Part shown: piece after piece, positions 9,706-19,315 of the stretch | How positions within the stretch are numbered: position 1 is the stretch's first letter | Layout: each line of letters begins with the position of its first letter | NCBI GenBank assembly: GCA_025449835.1 | Contig: JANWIO010000166.1 | Coordinates: forward strand, 18,967-82,966 | DNA from: Vampirovibrionales bacterium | Lineage (GTDB): Bacteria; Cyanobacteriota; Vampirovibrionia; Vampirovibrionales; JAGQHJ01 | Reading direction: 5' to 3' | Length of the DNA stretch: 64,000 nt | Made by a program: the position numbers and the translations under genes | Notes under the pieces: model-generated | The model's input: the letters and a program-made list of their open reading frames with translations, nothing else | Databases searched by the model: none | Told to the model about the DNA's origin: nothing

Positions 9706-10764
9706 TTATCCCCGAATTATGCTGACAATACTATAGAATAGAAAGGCAGTATAGAACAAGCCTCCAATCAGCAAAACCCGTGGGGAAAGCCGACGGCCAT
9801 ACACCACACTGGCGTAAATAATCCCCGCTGAGAGAAAACACAACAGAACACTCAAAGTGCCATGCACATCCAAAACCCATGGCGTAAACGAAAGTCCAAT
9901 GGCCGTTGGGATACAGCTTTGAAACACCATGGCCCCGGTAATATTGCCTAATGCGAGATTATCTTTCTTTTTGGAAATCCAGACCACACTATTAAACTTC
10001 TCTGGCAATTCCGTGGCAATGGGGGCAATAATCAAACTCAATAACAGTGCAGAGACGCCCAATATGGTTGCAACACTATGGATTTCTTGCACAAAAAGAT
10101 GGGCCATCAGCAAAATACCAAACAATCCTAATAAGGTTTGAAAGACAATCATAGTAGTGGGTGGCTCTGAGCTCTTCGGTGCCAATGTCAGGGGTTCCAG
10201 GGAGAATTCTGCATCCGGCACATGCTCTATCCGAAGGGTTCGATAAACATAGATGCCATAAAAAGCCAGTAAACCGATGGCAATAGCCCACTTTACGGGG
10301 TGAGAGGGGATAAAACTCGCCAGAAACACCATGCCATACGCCGGAAAAAAATAACTTAAATCTCGCTTAAACAAGTGTAAATCCAGGTGCAACACCACCC
10401 CTCGTTTTTGCAGAGAGGCAAAATAAAACACGGCTAACCCCACTAAAAACATCCCCAAGGTGCTCAGGAGAAAGGGCGCTCCTAAAATAGCCCCAACACC
10501 AATATGCTCAGCCTCTTTGGAAAAATGGTGGGTCATATCATGGAGATGCCCCATTTGCGCCAGATGTCCTTCAAACAATGCGACAGCCGGCACCAAAGTT
10601 TCCGGAAGAGCCGTCCCAACGGCAGCCAAAACACTTCCAACTGCCCCTTTTGACAGTTGAAATCTTTCTCCCATCCACTCAATGGCATTGGTAAAAATGG
10701 AACATGACCACACAATGCCTAAAAGGAGAAGAAAGGTAATAAAAAGAGATTCCAGTAAAGCCAT
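9706..10764 (-). CDS. CaCA-family cation/Ca2+ exchanger (YrbG-like) membrane protein
   Basis: About 10 TM helices with two alpha-repeat motifs (GTALPE... and GNITGAMVFQ). Lies 3 bp downstream-adjacent to wecB. Confidence 0.7.
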   Translation of the reverse strand: MALLESLFITFLLLLGIVWSCSIFTNAIEWMGERFQLSKGAVGSVLAAVGTALPETLVPAVALFEGHLAQMGHLHDMTHHFSKEAEHIGVGAILGAPFLLSTLGMFLVGLAVFYFASLQKRGVVLHLDLHLFKRDLSYFFPAYGMVFLASFIPSHPVKWAIAIGLLAFYGIYVYRTLRIEHVPDAEFSLEPLTLAPKSSEPPTTMIVFQTLLGLFGILLMAHLFVQEIHSVATILGVSALLLSLIIAPIATELPEKFNSVVWISKKKDNLALGNITGAMVFQSCIPTAIGLSFTPWVLDVHGTLSVLLCFLSAGIIYASVVYGRRLSPRVLLIGGLFYTAFLFYSIVSIIRG

Positions 10765-10888
10765 GAGAGTACCATTACTTCAATGCTGCCTCAGCTTTCA
10801 TTATATACCAGCAGCAACGTTTCCCCTGTCTTCAGTGATGGACCCTTCTCAACAGAAAATACGCTCTAAATCATGCTTTTCAAGTATC

Positions 10889-11752
10889 TTACAAATTAAA
10901 TTCAAGGTGATTTTCCAGATCAAATTCATCCAAAATTCGAGACCCCATGGTTTCTCCAAGAATATCAGCCCCAGCTTCTAAGAGTGCCATGGCTCTTTCA
11001 ATACTTACAATCTCCCCATTGGCTTTAATCCCAGGCTTTCTGTCCATCCGAGCCCCATGAATCACCTGGTGAATCATTTCCACATTTTCAACCCTTGCCC
11101 CTCGCCCATCTCTTAACATCCCCGAAGAGGTCTCAACCACCAAAATACCCACATTCATGGCAGCTTCGGTGGCCAATACAATCTCATCATCGGTTAACAA
11201 ATCGGTTTCAATGATAAGCTTCATGGGAACATCGGGGGCATTCTCCACAAGCTGTGCCAATTCATATTGTTCCGGTTCATCATGAGCCGACAGTAAATTT
11301 TGCTTGAAATAAGGGACATTCATCATCACATCCAACTCATCCGCCCCATCGAGCAAGGCTTTGCGAATTTCGTCAATCTTCTCTTCCACAGAAATATTCC
11401 CAAAAGTTGGGTTCAAGCGCTGGTGGTCCAAAGAATCCATGGACTTTGGGAACCCAATAACAGCCGAAATTCTGACAGGAGAGCCTTCTAAAATTCGTTT
11501 TGCAAGCGTAACATACTCAGGGCGAATACAAACTGCCCGAAAGCCTTCATTTTTAGCATTATTGCATAAGGCCCGAATCGTTTCTTCCGGGTCTTCTTCC
11601 GGCCAAAATACCACTTTGGTCTCATCAAGATGTTGTGCAAGATCATGCCGATTTTTTAGAGCAATCCTTGGACCTGAAGCTCCCACACGAATAATCATCC
11701 CCAAACCCCCTCTTCGCAGCTGAATCGATTCTCTGTAACCAGTTTGAAGCAA
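10889..11752 (-). CDS. DeoC/LacD-family class I aldolase (deoxyribose-phosphate aldolase-like) with an atypical active-site pocket
   Basis: Alignable to E. coli DERA (ALC..AK...A.CI.P, GADELDV, KLIIET Schiff-base Lys). The FIKTSTG lysine is replaced, giving VVETSSG. Confidence 0.65.
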   Translation of the reverse strand: MLQTGYRESIQLRRGGLGMIIRVGASGPRIALKNRHDLAQHLDETKVVFWPEEDPEETIRALCNNAKNEGFRAVCIRPEYVTLAKRILEGSPVRISAVIGFPKSMDSLDHQRLNPTFGNISVEEKIDEIRKALLDGADELDVMMNVPYFKQNLLSAHDEPEQYELAQLVENAPDVPMKLIIETDLLTDDEIVLATEAAMNVGILVVETSSGMLRDGRGARVENVEMIHQVIHGARMDRKPGIKANGEIVSIERAMALLEAGADILGETMGSRILDEFDLENHLEFNL

Positions 11753-11795
11753 AAATCAGGAGATGATAACTCCCCAGGGAAGCAATTTTATGGGA

Positions 11796-12032
11796 TTAGA
11801 GTTTTGAATGGGTCCCATCACAAAACGGTTTATTTTGAGTATGTTTGCAATTGCAAAGGGCAACCTGTTTGGTCTCCTCGACGGTAAACCGATGTGGCGC
11901 AAACCCGGTTCCAGCGTGGGAGCCATCACAATAGGGCTGTTTTTTTGAATGGCCACATTGGCACCACGCATACGTTCCTGGTTCCAAAGTTAATACAGCG
12001 GGACGTTTTTCCGCAATATGAGGTTCACTCAT
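11796..12032 (-). CDS. CDGSH iron-sulfur domain protein (two CDGSH motifs)
   Basis: C-x-C-x...CDGSH motif occurs twice (CQCGHSKKQPYCDGSH and CNCKHTQNKPFCDGTH). Confidence 0.85.
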   Translation of the reverse strand: MSEPHIAEKRPAVLTLEPGTYAWCQCGHSKKQPYCDGSHAGTGFAPHRFTVEETKQVALCNCKHTQNKPFCDGTHSKL

Positions 12033-12091
12033 CGATTTTTCTCCTATCGAATACTTTTTTCAAACGAGACGGTTTGGTATCTTCATGCATG

Positions 12092-12751
12092 TTACCCCGA
12101 AAGGGACTCGTGGTAATACCCACCCCCACACACCGACTCTAGAATTTTTAAGAGAAACTGTTGCGTGGCTTCGGCCTGATGAAAAAAGAACTCTTCCTTG
12201 CGATGGTGAAATTTCATCACAGCAGGCTGCACTGGAGAGGCGGGTATATATAAAGAAGCCAATTCATCCTCTAAAACATCCGGATACTCTTGAGAAGGCA
12301 GCATGTAAACATTCTCCTGATAATCTCCTAAGAGGGCGATAATTCTGCCTGTGAACAAAGGATCTCGCCCATTCCGTTGCAAGGCCATGGGTTTAATGTT
12401 TCCTCTGGTGGTAAAGCTAATGGTGTGCCACATCAAATGAAGTATCCCAACTGATCGATCCGCATCAATTTTGGCATAGACGCTTCCTACGGGCACTTCT
12501 CTTTTCATAAATGACTGTTGAAAGCTCACAACGGTCTCTTCCAATTGGCAAAGCAATTGTTCAAACATATCAACGGTACGCTTTTGAGCCGCTTCATGCT
12601 CTTTCAACTGATAAAACATATGGGATGCCATAAAATCAATCTGTTTGCGCAACCCACCCCCAATAGTCTCGTTCTGAACGATTGGGCTCTCTCGCTTCGG
12701 ACACCGGGGTTCTTTGGGAATACCGGTAAAATGTTCGAGATCAAATGCCAA
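12092..12751 (-). CDS. Hypothetical protein (219 aa), co-oriented between ugd-like and CDGSH genes
   Basis: Long ORF with no recognisable motif; tight co-directional spacing suggests operon membership. Confidence 0.4.
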   Translation of the reverse strand: MAFDLEHFTGIPKEPRCPKRESPIVQNETIGGGLRKQIDFMASHMFYQLKEHEAAQKRTVDMFEQLLCQLEETVVSFQQSFMKREVPVGSVYAKIDADRSVGILHLMWHTISFTTRGNIKPMALQRNGRDPLFTGRIIALLGDYQENVYMLPSQEYPDVLEDELASLYIPASPVQPAVMKFHHRKEEFFFHQAEATQQFLLKILESVCGGGYYHESLSG

Positions 12752-12832
12752 TTATCTACTCTCCATCGTGCCTGCCAGAGCTCATCCTCATTTTAGGAGT
12801 AGGTTCTAAAAAGGGCAAGAGGGGCTAGAATC

Positions 12833-14218
12833 CTATACTTTTTCCAAAGGCTTGTTAGATGCACTGGATCCTTTAGAAGAAGATTTTCCAGAGGCTTTTG
12901 CCGTTGTTGTTGGAACTGCCGGCACCCTTCCCATACTAATGTAGGTAAACCCAAGATCCATCATTCTTCCAGGCTTATAAAGATTTCGGCCATCAATAAT
13001 CAGTCGGCATTTTGTTGATTCTTTAAGATGCTTAAAGTTAATATGCTCAAATTCGCTCCACTCCGTTAAAATCAGGATCGCATCAGCATCCTTGGCAGCT
13101 TCATAAGCATTTTCACAGTACTCTAAATGGGGAAAGATATTCCGAGTCACTTCCATGGCCAAGGGATCAAAGGCTTTAATTTTGGCTCCTCGATTTTGCA
13201 GACTCCGAATAATGGTTTGGCTCGGTGCATCACGCATATCATCGGTATTCGGGCGATATGCTAACCCCCAAAGCCCCAAGGTTTTGCCTTCCAAGTTGCC
13301 GCCTAACGCCTGTTCAATTTTTTCAATGAACAGCAACCGTTGATACCGGTTAATCGTTTCAACCGATTTGAGAATATCCAGGTTTAAACTGTATTGATCG
13401 GCAATGGCCACCAATGAGGCAATATCTTTTGGGAAAAAGATGCCACCATAGCCCACGCCTGCATTTAAGTATTCTGCATTAATCCGGCGATCCAGCCCAA
13501 TCCCTTTTGCCACTTTAATAATATCGGCACCGGTTTTTTCACAAATTTGGGCAATGGAATTAATAAAGGAAATCTTCATGGCCAAATATGCATTAGAGGC
13601 GTGCTTAATCAGCTCCGCACTATTAATATCAGTAATTAAAAGCGGCGCATTTAAAGGTTGATAGACTTGCACCAGCATATCAATGGCTTTTTGGCTGCTT
13701 GCACCAATCACCACCCGATCTGGCTTCATAAAATCCTGAACGGCATACCCTTCTCTTAAAAATTGAGGCACTGCCGCCACATCAAATTCGATGCCCGGCT
13801 TGATATCTTCTCGAAGCTTTTGCTCCAGCCATTCCCCAGTCCGGATAGGCAGTGTGCTTTTTTCAACAATCAAAGTATAGCCTGTTAAGGCATGAGAAAT
13901 ATCATGAATGGCATCTTCCAACGGTTTCATATCTGGTTTGCCGTTAGGTAAAGGAGGCGTTCCAACACAGATAAAAACGATTTCTGCATCTTTCACAACA
14001 GCCTTATTGTCTGAAACAAAATGCAGCCGCCCATCTTCTAAATTGGTTCTTAAAAGCGGTTCTAATTGGGCTTCAAAAAAGGGCAGTTCCCCACGATTCA
14101 GTTTGTCAATCCGCTTCTTGTCCATATCCGAGCATGTCACTTCATGTCCTAGCTCAGCCAAACATGTCCCGGTGACTGTACCCACATAACCTGCACCAAT
14201 AACACCAATTTTCATAAC
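12833..14218 (-). CDS. UDP-glucose/GDP-mannose dehydrogenase family enzyme (Ugd or WecC-like) with a Ser/Lys-rich C-terminal tail
   Basis: MKIGVIGAGYVGTVTG Rossmann N-terminus. Start placed at the internal ATG 14218, preceded by an AGGAG SD. Divergent from flagellin 1. Confidence 0.85.
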   Translation of the reverse strand, partial: VMKIGVIGAGYVGTVTGTCLAELGHEVTCSDMDKKRIDKLNRGELPFFEAQLEPLLRTNLEDGRLHFVSDNKAVVKDAEIVFICVGTPPLPNGKPDMKPLEDAIHDISHALTGYTLIVEKSTLPIRTGEWLEQKLREDIKPGIEFDVAAVPQFLREGYAVQDFMKPDRVVIGASSQKAIDMLVQVYQPLNAPLLITDINSAELIKHASNAYLAMKISFINSIAQICEKTGADIIKVAKGIGLDRRINAEYLNAGVGYGGIFFPKDIASLVAIADQYSLNLDILKSVETINRYQRLLFIEKIEQALGGNLEGKTLGLWGLAYRPNTDDMRDAPSQTIIRSLQNRGAKIKAFDPLAMEVTRNIFPHLEYCENAYEAAKDADAILILTEWSEFEHINFKHLKESTKCRLIIDGRNLYKPGRMMDLGFTYISMGRVPAVPTTTAKASGKSSSKGSSASNKPLEKV

Positions 14219-14492
14219 CGTCCTCTCCTTATTTAAAAGACAAAGAGCCCCAAACACGACTTCGAAAAGAGATTAAGCAAAAAAGTCTGGATTGCTTTTT
14301 ACAAAGACGAATGCTCCTCTTCGTATCCGGCAAACCCTTATTACCCTCTGACAAATAACCCAAATAGATTTGCCTATGCACACTGTAGCATAAATGAACC
14401 CGATGAGGGAAGGGGCGACCCTCTGCACCATCTGGAGGAGTTTTACTGAATTTGCTTAAAGATTTCCCAAAGGATCCCGATATCCCCCTTAA

Positions 14493-14514
14493 GTACAGAG
14501 AAGCTGTACCTTTT
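14493..14514 (+). terminator. Weak orphan hairpin plus T-run upstream of flagellin 1
   Basis: GTACAG-agaag-CTGTAC followed by CTTTT. No plus-strand gene upstream. Confidence 0.25.
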
Positions 14515-14600
14515 GGAAGAAGAAAAGGATAACAAAGAGAAAAACAGGGAAATTTCAATTTTATAAAATTACAATTAATTGTTTAGAAACTACTTTGGCA

Positions 14601-14620
14601 CTATTTGCAGTTGCAAATAG
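14601..14620. promoter_or_regulatory. Inverted repeat CTATTTGCA-gt-TGCAAATAG, 40 bp upstream of the flagellin-1 start, overlapping a TTGGCAC sigma54-like half site
   Basis: Two 9-bp arms read directly from the sequence. Confidence 0.5.
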
Positions 14621-14659
14621 TACACGGAAGTGCTTTAGCGAGTTAAGGAGAACACGCAA

Positions 14660-15529
14660 GTGCCGATAGTTGTAAATACCAATATTGCATCTTTAATTGC
14701 ACAACAAAATTTATCAGTGAATACCAATAACGTTAATGGTTCACTGGAAAAATTATCCTCCGGCTATAAAATCAATCATGCCTCTGACGATCCAGCAGGA
14801 TTAAGCATCTCAGAAACACTTAATAGCCAGATTTCCGGGATCCAAACAGCTTTGCAAAACGCCCAAGAGGGAAACAGCATTTTGCAAGTTGCAGAAGGAA
14901 CTTTAAGTGTTATCGGTGATAACCTCCAACGGATTCGAGAGCTAACCGTTGAAGCTGCTAACGATACCAACAGTAGCACTCAGCGGGCAGCCCTTGCCAG
15001 TGAAATTAAGGCTCGCTTAAATGACAACCAACGCATGGTTCAAGCGGCACAATTTAATGGCATTAATCTGCTAACGGGATCAGCCGTCAGTGCTCGCCTT
15101 CAAATTGGACCCGATGCAAGCATTGCCGACAATACCATTAACATTGCCAGTGTCCTCGCCACGGCCACAGCAACAGCCATTGGTATTCTGGGAGCTGCCA
15201 CTTCCACAAAATGGGGAACTATCGGCAGCATTAACATTACCAATGGTAGCGTTGCCAGAAGCTTCTTAGGTGAGATAGATAAAGCTATTCAAGCCATCTC
15301 TTCAAGACGCACATTGATTGGTGCTTACCAAAACCAGTTAAGCAGCGCCATCTCCAATTTACAGTTGGGTTCACAGAACCTGACCTCCTCAGAATCCAAT
15401 ATCCGAGATGTGGATGTTGCTGCAGAAAGCGCTAAATTAACCCAATCTCAAATCTTACAACAGGCATCCGTTAGTATCCTGACACAGGCCAATCAAACCC
15501 CCTCAATGGTTCTTAAACTACTACAGTAA
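14660..15529 (+). CDS. fliC: Flagellin (copy 1 of 6, 289 aa, GTG start), the most divergent paralog
   Basis: Conserved flagellin D0/D1 termini (MPIVVNTNIASL... and ...LQQASVSILTQANQTP..LKLLQ). AAGGAG SD 9 nt upstream. Confidence 0.9.
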   Translation: MPIVVNTNIASLIAQQNLSVNTNNVNGSLEKLSSGYKINHASDDPAGLSISETLNSQISGIQTALQNAQEGNSILQVAEGTLSVIGDNLQRIRELTVEAANDTNSSTQRAALASEIKARLNDNQRMVQAAQFNGINLLTGSAVSARLQIGPDASIADNTINIASVLATATATAIGILGAATSTKWGTIGSINITNGSVARSFLGEIDKAIQAISSRRTLIGAYQNQLSSAISNLQLGSQNLTSSESNIRDVDVAAESAKLTQSQILQQASVSILTQANQTPSMVLKLLQ

Positions 15530-15634
15530 CCCTTACATAACCATAAGGAAAGCCCCATGAATACAACCCCCTAAGTTATACCCGCTCCCTCCCATGAACC
15601 TGGTCCATGCCCCAAATCATCACTGAACCAGACT

Positions 15635-16075
15635 CATGTGAGGACCTCCAAAGTTTTCACATGACCCCAGTATCTGCCCACATTAAACCTCAACATTAAC
15701 CCTTCGTGGATGGATACCCAACTCAATAACACCTGTAAAACGCTTCTGTGCATTAGCGTGGCGACCATCAAATTAAAAATAAAGATGCTGTCGACACCAG
15801 CTTCATGACTCAGATACCACTTTACAGGCTCAAAGAACCTCTTTCATGACTGAAAAGGATGAAAGCCTGGGCGCTAAAACGCTCCCGGGATGGGGTTCCC
15901 TACAATAAAATACCGAAACCCTTATATGTGCCTGATTCAGGGTGCCTTGGGCATCATTTTTTGAATCAGCCCCATGTGAGGATTCTTCGGACCTCTCACA
16001 TGACCCGATGTAAAACCGAGTTCGTGCCACTTGGCATGGATGTTTAAACCCAAACCGTTTGAACCGGCTTTACAT
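15635..16075 (+). repeat. Structured intergenic region with two copies of a CATGTGAGGA...CACATGACCC hairpin motif and further inverted repeats
   Basis: Copy A 15635-15667 and copy B 15973-16006 share 10-nt flanks that form 7-8 bp stems. Adjacent inverted repeats CTGATTCA/TGAATCAG (15933-15970) and GATGTAAA/TTTACATC (16007-16075). Confidence 0.5.
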
Positions 16076-16271
16076 CAAATTCATCAAGAATAAACCCCAT
16101 GTCTTATTTGGCATGAATGGATTAGAAATAAAGTTTTGTCTCTATTTCTACCCAGATCAAGCCTTTATAAGGCATTTTGAAAGAACCAACCTAACTCATA
16201 ATACACAACACGTTTGGAAAAACGCCACTTGACAAGGATGGAAAGTGAGAAAAAGCAAAAGGAGTTGAACT

Positions 16272-17114
16272 ATGCCACTCGTTATTAATACAAACGTAAA
16301 TTCATTAAATGCCCAACGGCTCTTGTCACAAAACACGATGAATCTGTCTAAAGATTTAGAGCAATTGGCCTCTGGTTATCGGATTAACCATGCCAGCGAT
16401 GATGCCGCAGGATTACAGATTTCTGAAAATTTTACTGCCCAAATCCGAGGCACTGAACAAGCCATTAACAATGCACAAGATGGCCTTAACCTCTTGTCTG
16501 TTGCAGAAGGTACCTTGAGCGTTGTGGCAAACAACCTGCAACGGATCCGGGAGCTCGCTGTGGAAGCTGCCAACGATGTGAACGGTTCAACCCAAAGATC
16601 TGCTATTAAGCAAGAAATTGATGCCCGAATCGCCGATATCAACCGAATGACCAAAGCAACACAATTTAACGGTGTCAATGTTCTTCAAAAGATCCCTAAT
16701 GTCAGCCTTAGACTACAGGTGGGTGCCAATGGTGTTGCATCACAAGACACCATCAATATCGCTTCTGCACTGGGAAGTGCAACCGCTACGGGACTTGGCC
16801 TTACAGCCACAGCCAATATGATTTCATCTAACAGTAATGCTCGGGCATTTTTGGCCAATGTAGATAGTGCTATGAATAACCTATCCAGCAGAAGAGCGGT
16901 AATCGGTTCATTCCAAAACCGATTACAAAGCGCTATTGATAACTTACAAATTGAAGATCAAAACTTCCAAGCTTCTGAATCTCAAATTAGAGACGTGAAT
17001 GTGGCCAAAGTTACGGCCGATCTTTCTAAAAACCAGATTTTACAACAAGCCTCTGTCAGCATCTTGGCGCAAGCAAATCAATTGCCGGCTCTGGCACTTA
17101 AATTAATCGGGTAA
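16272..17114 (+). CDS. fliC: Flagellin (copy 2 of 6, 280 aa)
   Basis: Flagellin N- and C-terminal helices. About 93% aa identity to copy 3 with many synonymous nucleotide differences. Confidence 0.9.
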   Translation: MPLVINTNVNSLNAQRLLSQNTMNLSKDLEQLASGYRINHASDDAAGLQISENFTAQIRGTEQAINNAQDGLNLLSVAEGTLSVVANNLQRIRELAVEAANDVNGSTQRSAIKQEIDARIADINRMTKATQFNGVNVLQKIPNVSLRLQVGANGVASQDTINIASALGSATATGLGLTATANMISSNSNARAFLANVDSAMNNLSSRRAVIGSFQNRLQSAIDNLQIEDQNFQASESQIRDVNVAKVTADLSKNQILQQASVSILAQANQLPALALKLIG

Positions 17115-17137
17115 GCCTGTTGTTTACCCATTTTTTA
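17109..17137 (+). terminator. Probable intrinsic terminator of flagellin 2
   Basis: GGGTAA-gcctgttgt-TTACCC followed by ATTTTTT; overlaps the stop codon. Confidence 0.55.
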
Positions 17138-17284
17138 TACCCAATCACTTACATAACTTAGAAAGGAGAAACAGATAAGACCTAAAATCACCTCATTTAC
17201 ATTACAGTACGTTACTTGTGTTTAACAAAAATACCTCATTATTAACAAGGATGGAAATAATAAGAAAGCAAAAGGAGTTGTACT

Positions 17285-18127
17285 ATGCCACTCGTTATTA
17301 ATACCAATGTCAATTCATTAAACGCTCAGCGACTCTTGTCGCAAAACACCATGAATCTCTCCAAAGACCTAGAGCAATTAGCCTCTGGTTATCGTATTAA
17401 CCATGCCGGTGATGACGCCGCAGGTCTCCAGATTTCTGAAAATTTTACTGCCCAAATCAAAGGGACAGAGCAAGCCATTAACAACGCACAGGATGGCCTT
17501 AACCTCTTGTCTGTTGCTGAAGGCACCCTAAGTGTTGTTCAGGATAACCTCCAGCGGATCCGCGAGCTAACTGTACAAGCGGCTAACGATGTTAACGGCT
17601 CCTCTCAAAGAACCGCTATTAAGCAAGAAATTGATGCCCGAATCGCCGACATCAACCGAATGACCAAAGCCACACAGTTTAACGGTGTCAATATTCTTAA
17701 AAGCATTGCAAATGTGAGTTTTCGCCTGCAAGTTGGTGCCAATGGTGTTGCATCCCAGGATACCATCAACATTGCATCAGCCTTGGGTAGTGCAACAGCC
17801 ACGGGGCTTGGATTAAAGGCAACGACCAATATGATTTCATCCAACAGCAATGCCCGTGCTTTTTTAGCCAATGTGGATAGTGCCATGAATAACCTATCCA
17901 GCAGAAGAGCGGTTATCGGTTCATTCCAAAACCGACTGCAAAGTGCCGTGAGTAACTTACAAATTGCAGATCAAAACTTCCAGGCCTCTGAATCTCAGAT
18001 CAGAGACGTTAATGTGGCCAAAGTTACTGCCGATCTCTCTAAAAACCAGATTCTGCAACAAGCTTCTGTCAGTATCTTGGCACAAGCAAACCAATTGCCG
18101 GCTTTGGCACTCAAACTTATCGGCTAA
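17285..18127 (+). CDS. fliC: Flagellin (copy 3 of 6, 280 aa)
   Basis: Flagellin termini. Leader shares the AAGGATGGAAA...AAGGAG motif with copy 2. Confidence 0.9.
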   Translation: MPLVINTNVNSLNAQRLLSQNTMNLSKDLEQLASGYRINHAGDDAAGLQISENFTAQIKGTEQAINNAQDGLNLLSVAEGTLSVVQDNLQRIRELTVQAANDVNGSSQRTAIKQEIDARIADINRMTKATQFNGVNILKSIANVSFRLQVGANGVASQDTINIASALGSATATGLGLKATTNMISSNSNARAFLANVDSAMNNLSSRRAVIGSFQNRLQSAVSNLQIADQNFQASESQIRDVNVAKVTADLSKNQILQQASVSILAQANQLPALALKLIG

Positions 18128-18317
18128 TTATCGAGCTCATTTGGCTTAAAACGCCTGTCGATAAATTTATTCTCACCTCATCAATGAGAAAAAAACAACA
18201 AAGGAGAATCTCCCTAATGACTTAAAACAATAATCCATCTGATTGAAACCTCTCACGTGTGGTGCAATCAGCCACTTACTTAAATTTGAATCAGGAAATA
18301 ACAGTAGGAGAAAAACT

Positions 18318-19157
18318 ATGCCACTGGTTATTAATACGAATACTAACTCATTAAACGCACAGCGGCTCTTGTCACAAAACACCATGAATCTCTCCAAAGA
18401 CTTAGAGCAGTTGGCCTCCGGTTATCGAATCAATCACGCATCGGACGACGCGGCAGGGCTACAAATCTCCCAGAATTTGCAGTCTCAATACCGTGGTATT
18501 GAGCAGGCCGTTCGAAACTCACAAGATGGACTTAACCTCTTGTCTGTTGCTGAAGGCACCTTGAGTGTTGTTCAAGATAACCTCCAGCGGATACGAGAAC
18601 TCGCTGTACAAGCAGCCAACGATGTTAACGGTACATCTCAAAGAACCGCTATTAAACAAGAGATAGATGCTCGAATTGCTGACATTAATCGAATGACCAA
18701 AGCCACGCAATTTAACGGTGTTAATATCCTTCAAAGCATCAAAGGCAGCTTCAATCTTGAAGTGGGTGCCAATGGTGCAGCATCCACAAATACCATTAAC
18801 ATTGCTTCAGCACTAGGTAGTGCAACAGCCACAGGGCTTGGACTAAAGGCAACCACCAATATGATTGCCGCCAACAGTAATGCTAGAGCCTTTTTAGGAA
18901 ATGTTGATTCAGCCATTGCAAATGTGTCAACAAGACGTGCAACCATTGGTTCATTCCAAAACCGGCTGCAAAGTGCTATTGCAAACTTACAAATTGCAGA
19001 TCAAAACTTCCAAGCTTCTGCGTCTCAAATTAGAGATGTGAATGTGGCTGCAGTCACTGCGGATCTGTCTCGAAATCAGATTCTGCAGCAGGCTTCCGTC
19101 AGCATTCTGTCTCAAGCAAATCAACTACCGGCCTTAGCACTCAAACTTATCGGATAA
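18318..19157 (+). CDS. fliC: Flagellin (copy 4 of 6, 279 aa); start corrected to ATG 18318
   Basis: MPLVINTN start preceded by a TAGGAG SD. The extra 25 codons of track ORF 18243 lack an RBS and break the paralog alignment. Confidence 0.9.
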   Translation: MPLVINTNTNSLNAQRLLSQNTMNLSKDLEQLASGYRINHASDDAAGLQISQNLQSQYRGIEQAVRNSQDGLNLLSVAEGTLSVVQDNLQRIRELAVQAANDVNGTSQRTAIKQEIDARIADINRMTKATQFNGVNILQSIKGSFNLEVGANGAASTNTINIASALGSATATGLGLKATTNMIAANSNARAFLGNVDSAIANVSTRRATIGSFQNRLQSAIANLQIADQNFQASASQIRDVNVAAVTADLSRNQILQQASVSILSQANQLPALALKLIG

Positions 19158-19315
19158 AAATATACACAAACAATCTTTAATAACAAAATAACCTGAAAGG
19201 AGGCTGATTATCCCGGAAAAATAGAACTCTTAGATTATCTAAATCCACACTTTACAAAACACAAACACTTTTTTTTGGAAGGAAAAGTGAAAAAACAACA
19301 TAAAGGAGTTAAATT

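Noticed and set aside
14594-14612. TTGGCAC...GCA resembling a sigma54 -24/-12 promoter upstream of flagellin 1
   Set aside because: The GG-to-GC spacing is 8 (or 14) nt instead of the invariant 10, so it cannot be called an RpoN promoter. Kept only as context for the palindrome.
16376-16678. Antisense ORFs inside the flagellin genes (e.g. 14776-14979, 16376-16678, 17605-17886, 18519-18946, 19529-19944, 20643-20945)
   Set aside because: They lie opposite strongly conserved flagellin coding sequence, have no RBS, and recur in every paralog as a by-product of codon composition.
18243-18317. 25-codon N-terminal extension of flagellin 4 in the ORF track
   Set aside because: It has no RBS and breaks alignment with the five paralogs. 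ATG 18318 with a TAGGAG SD is the real start.
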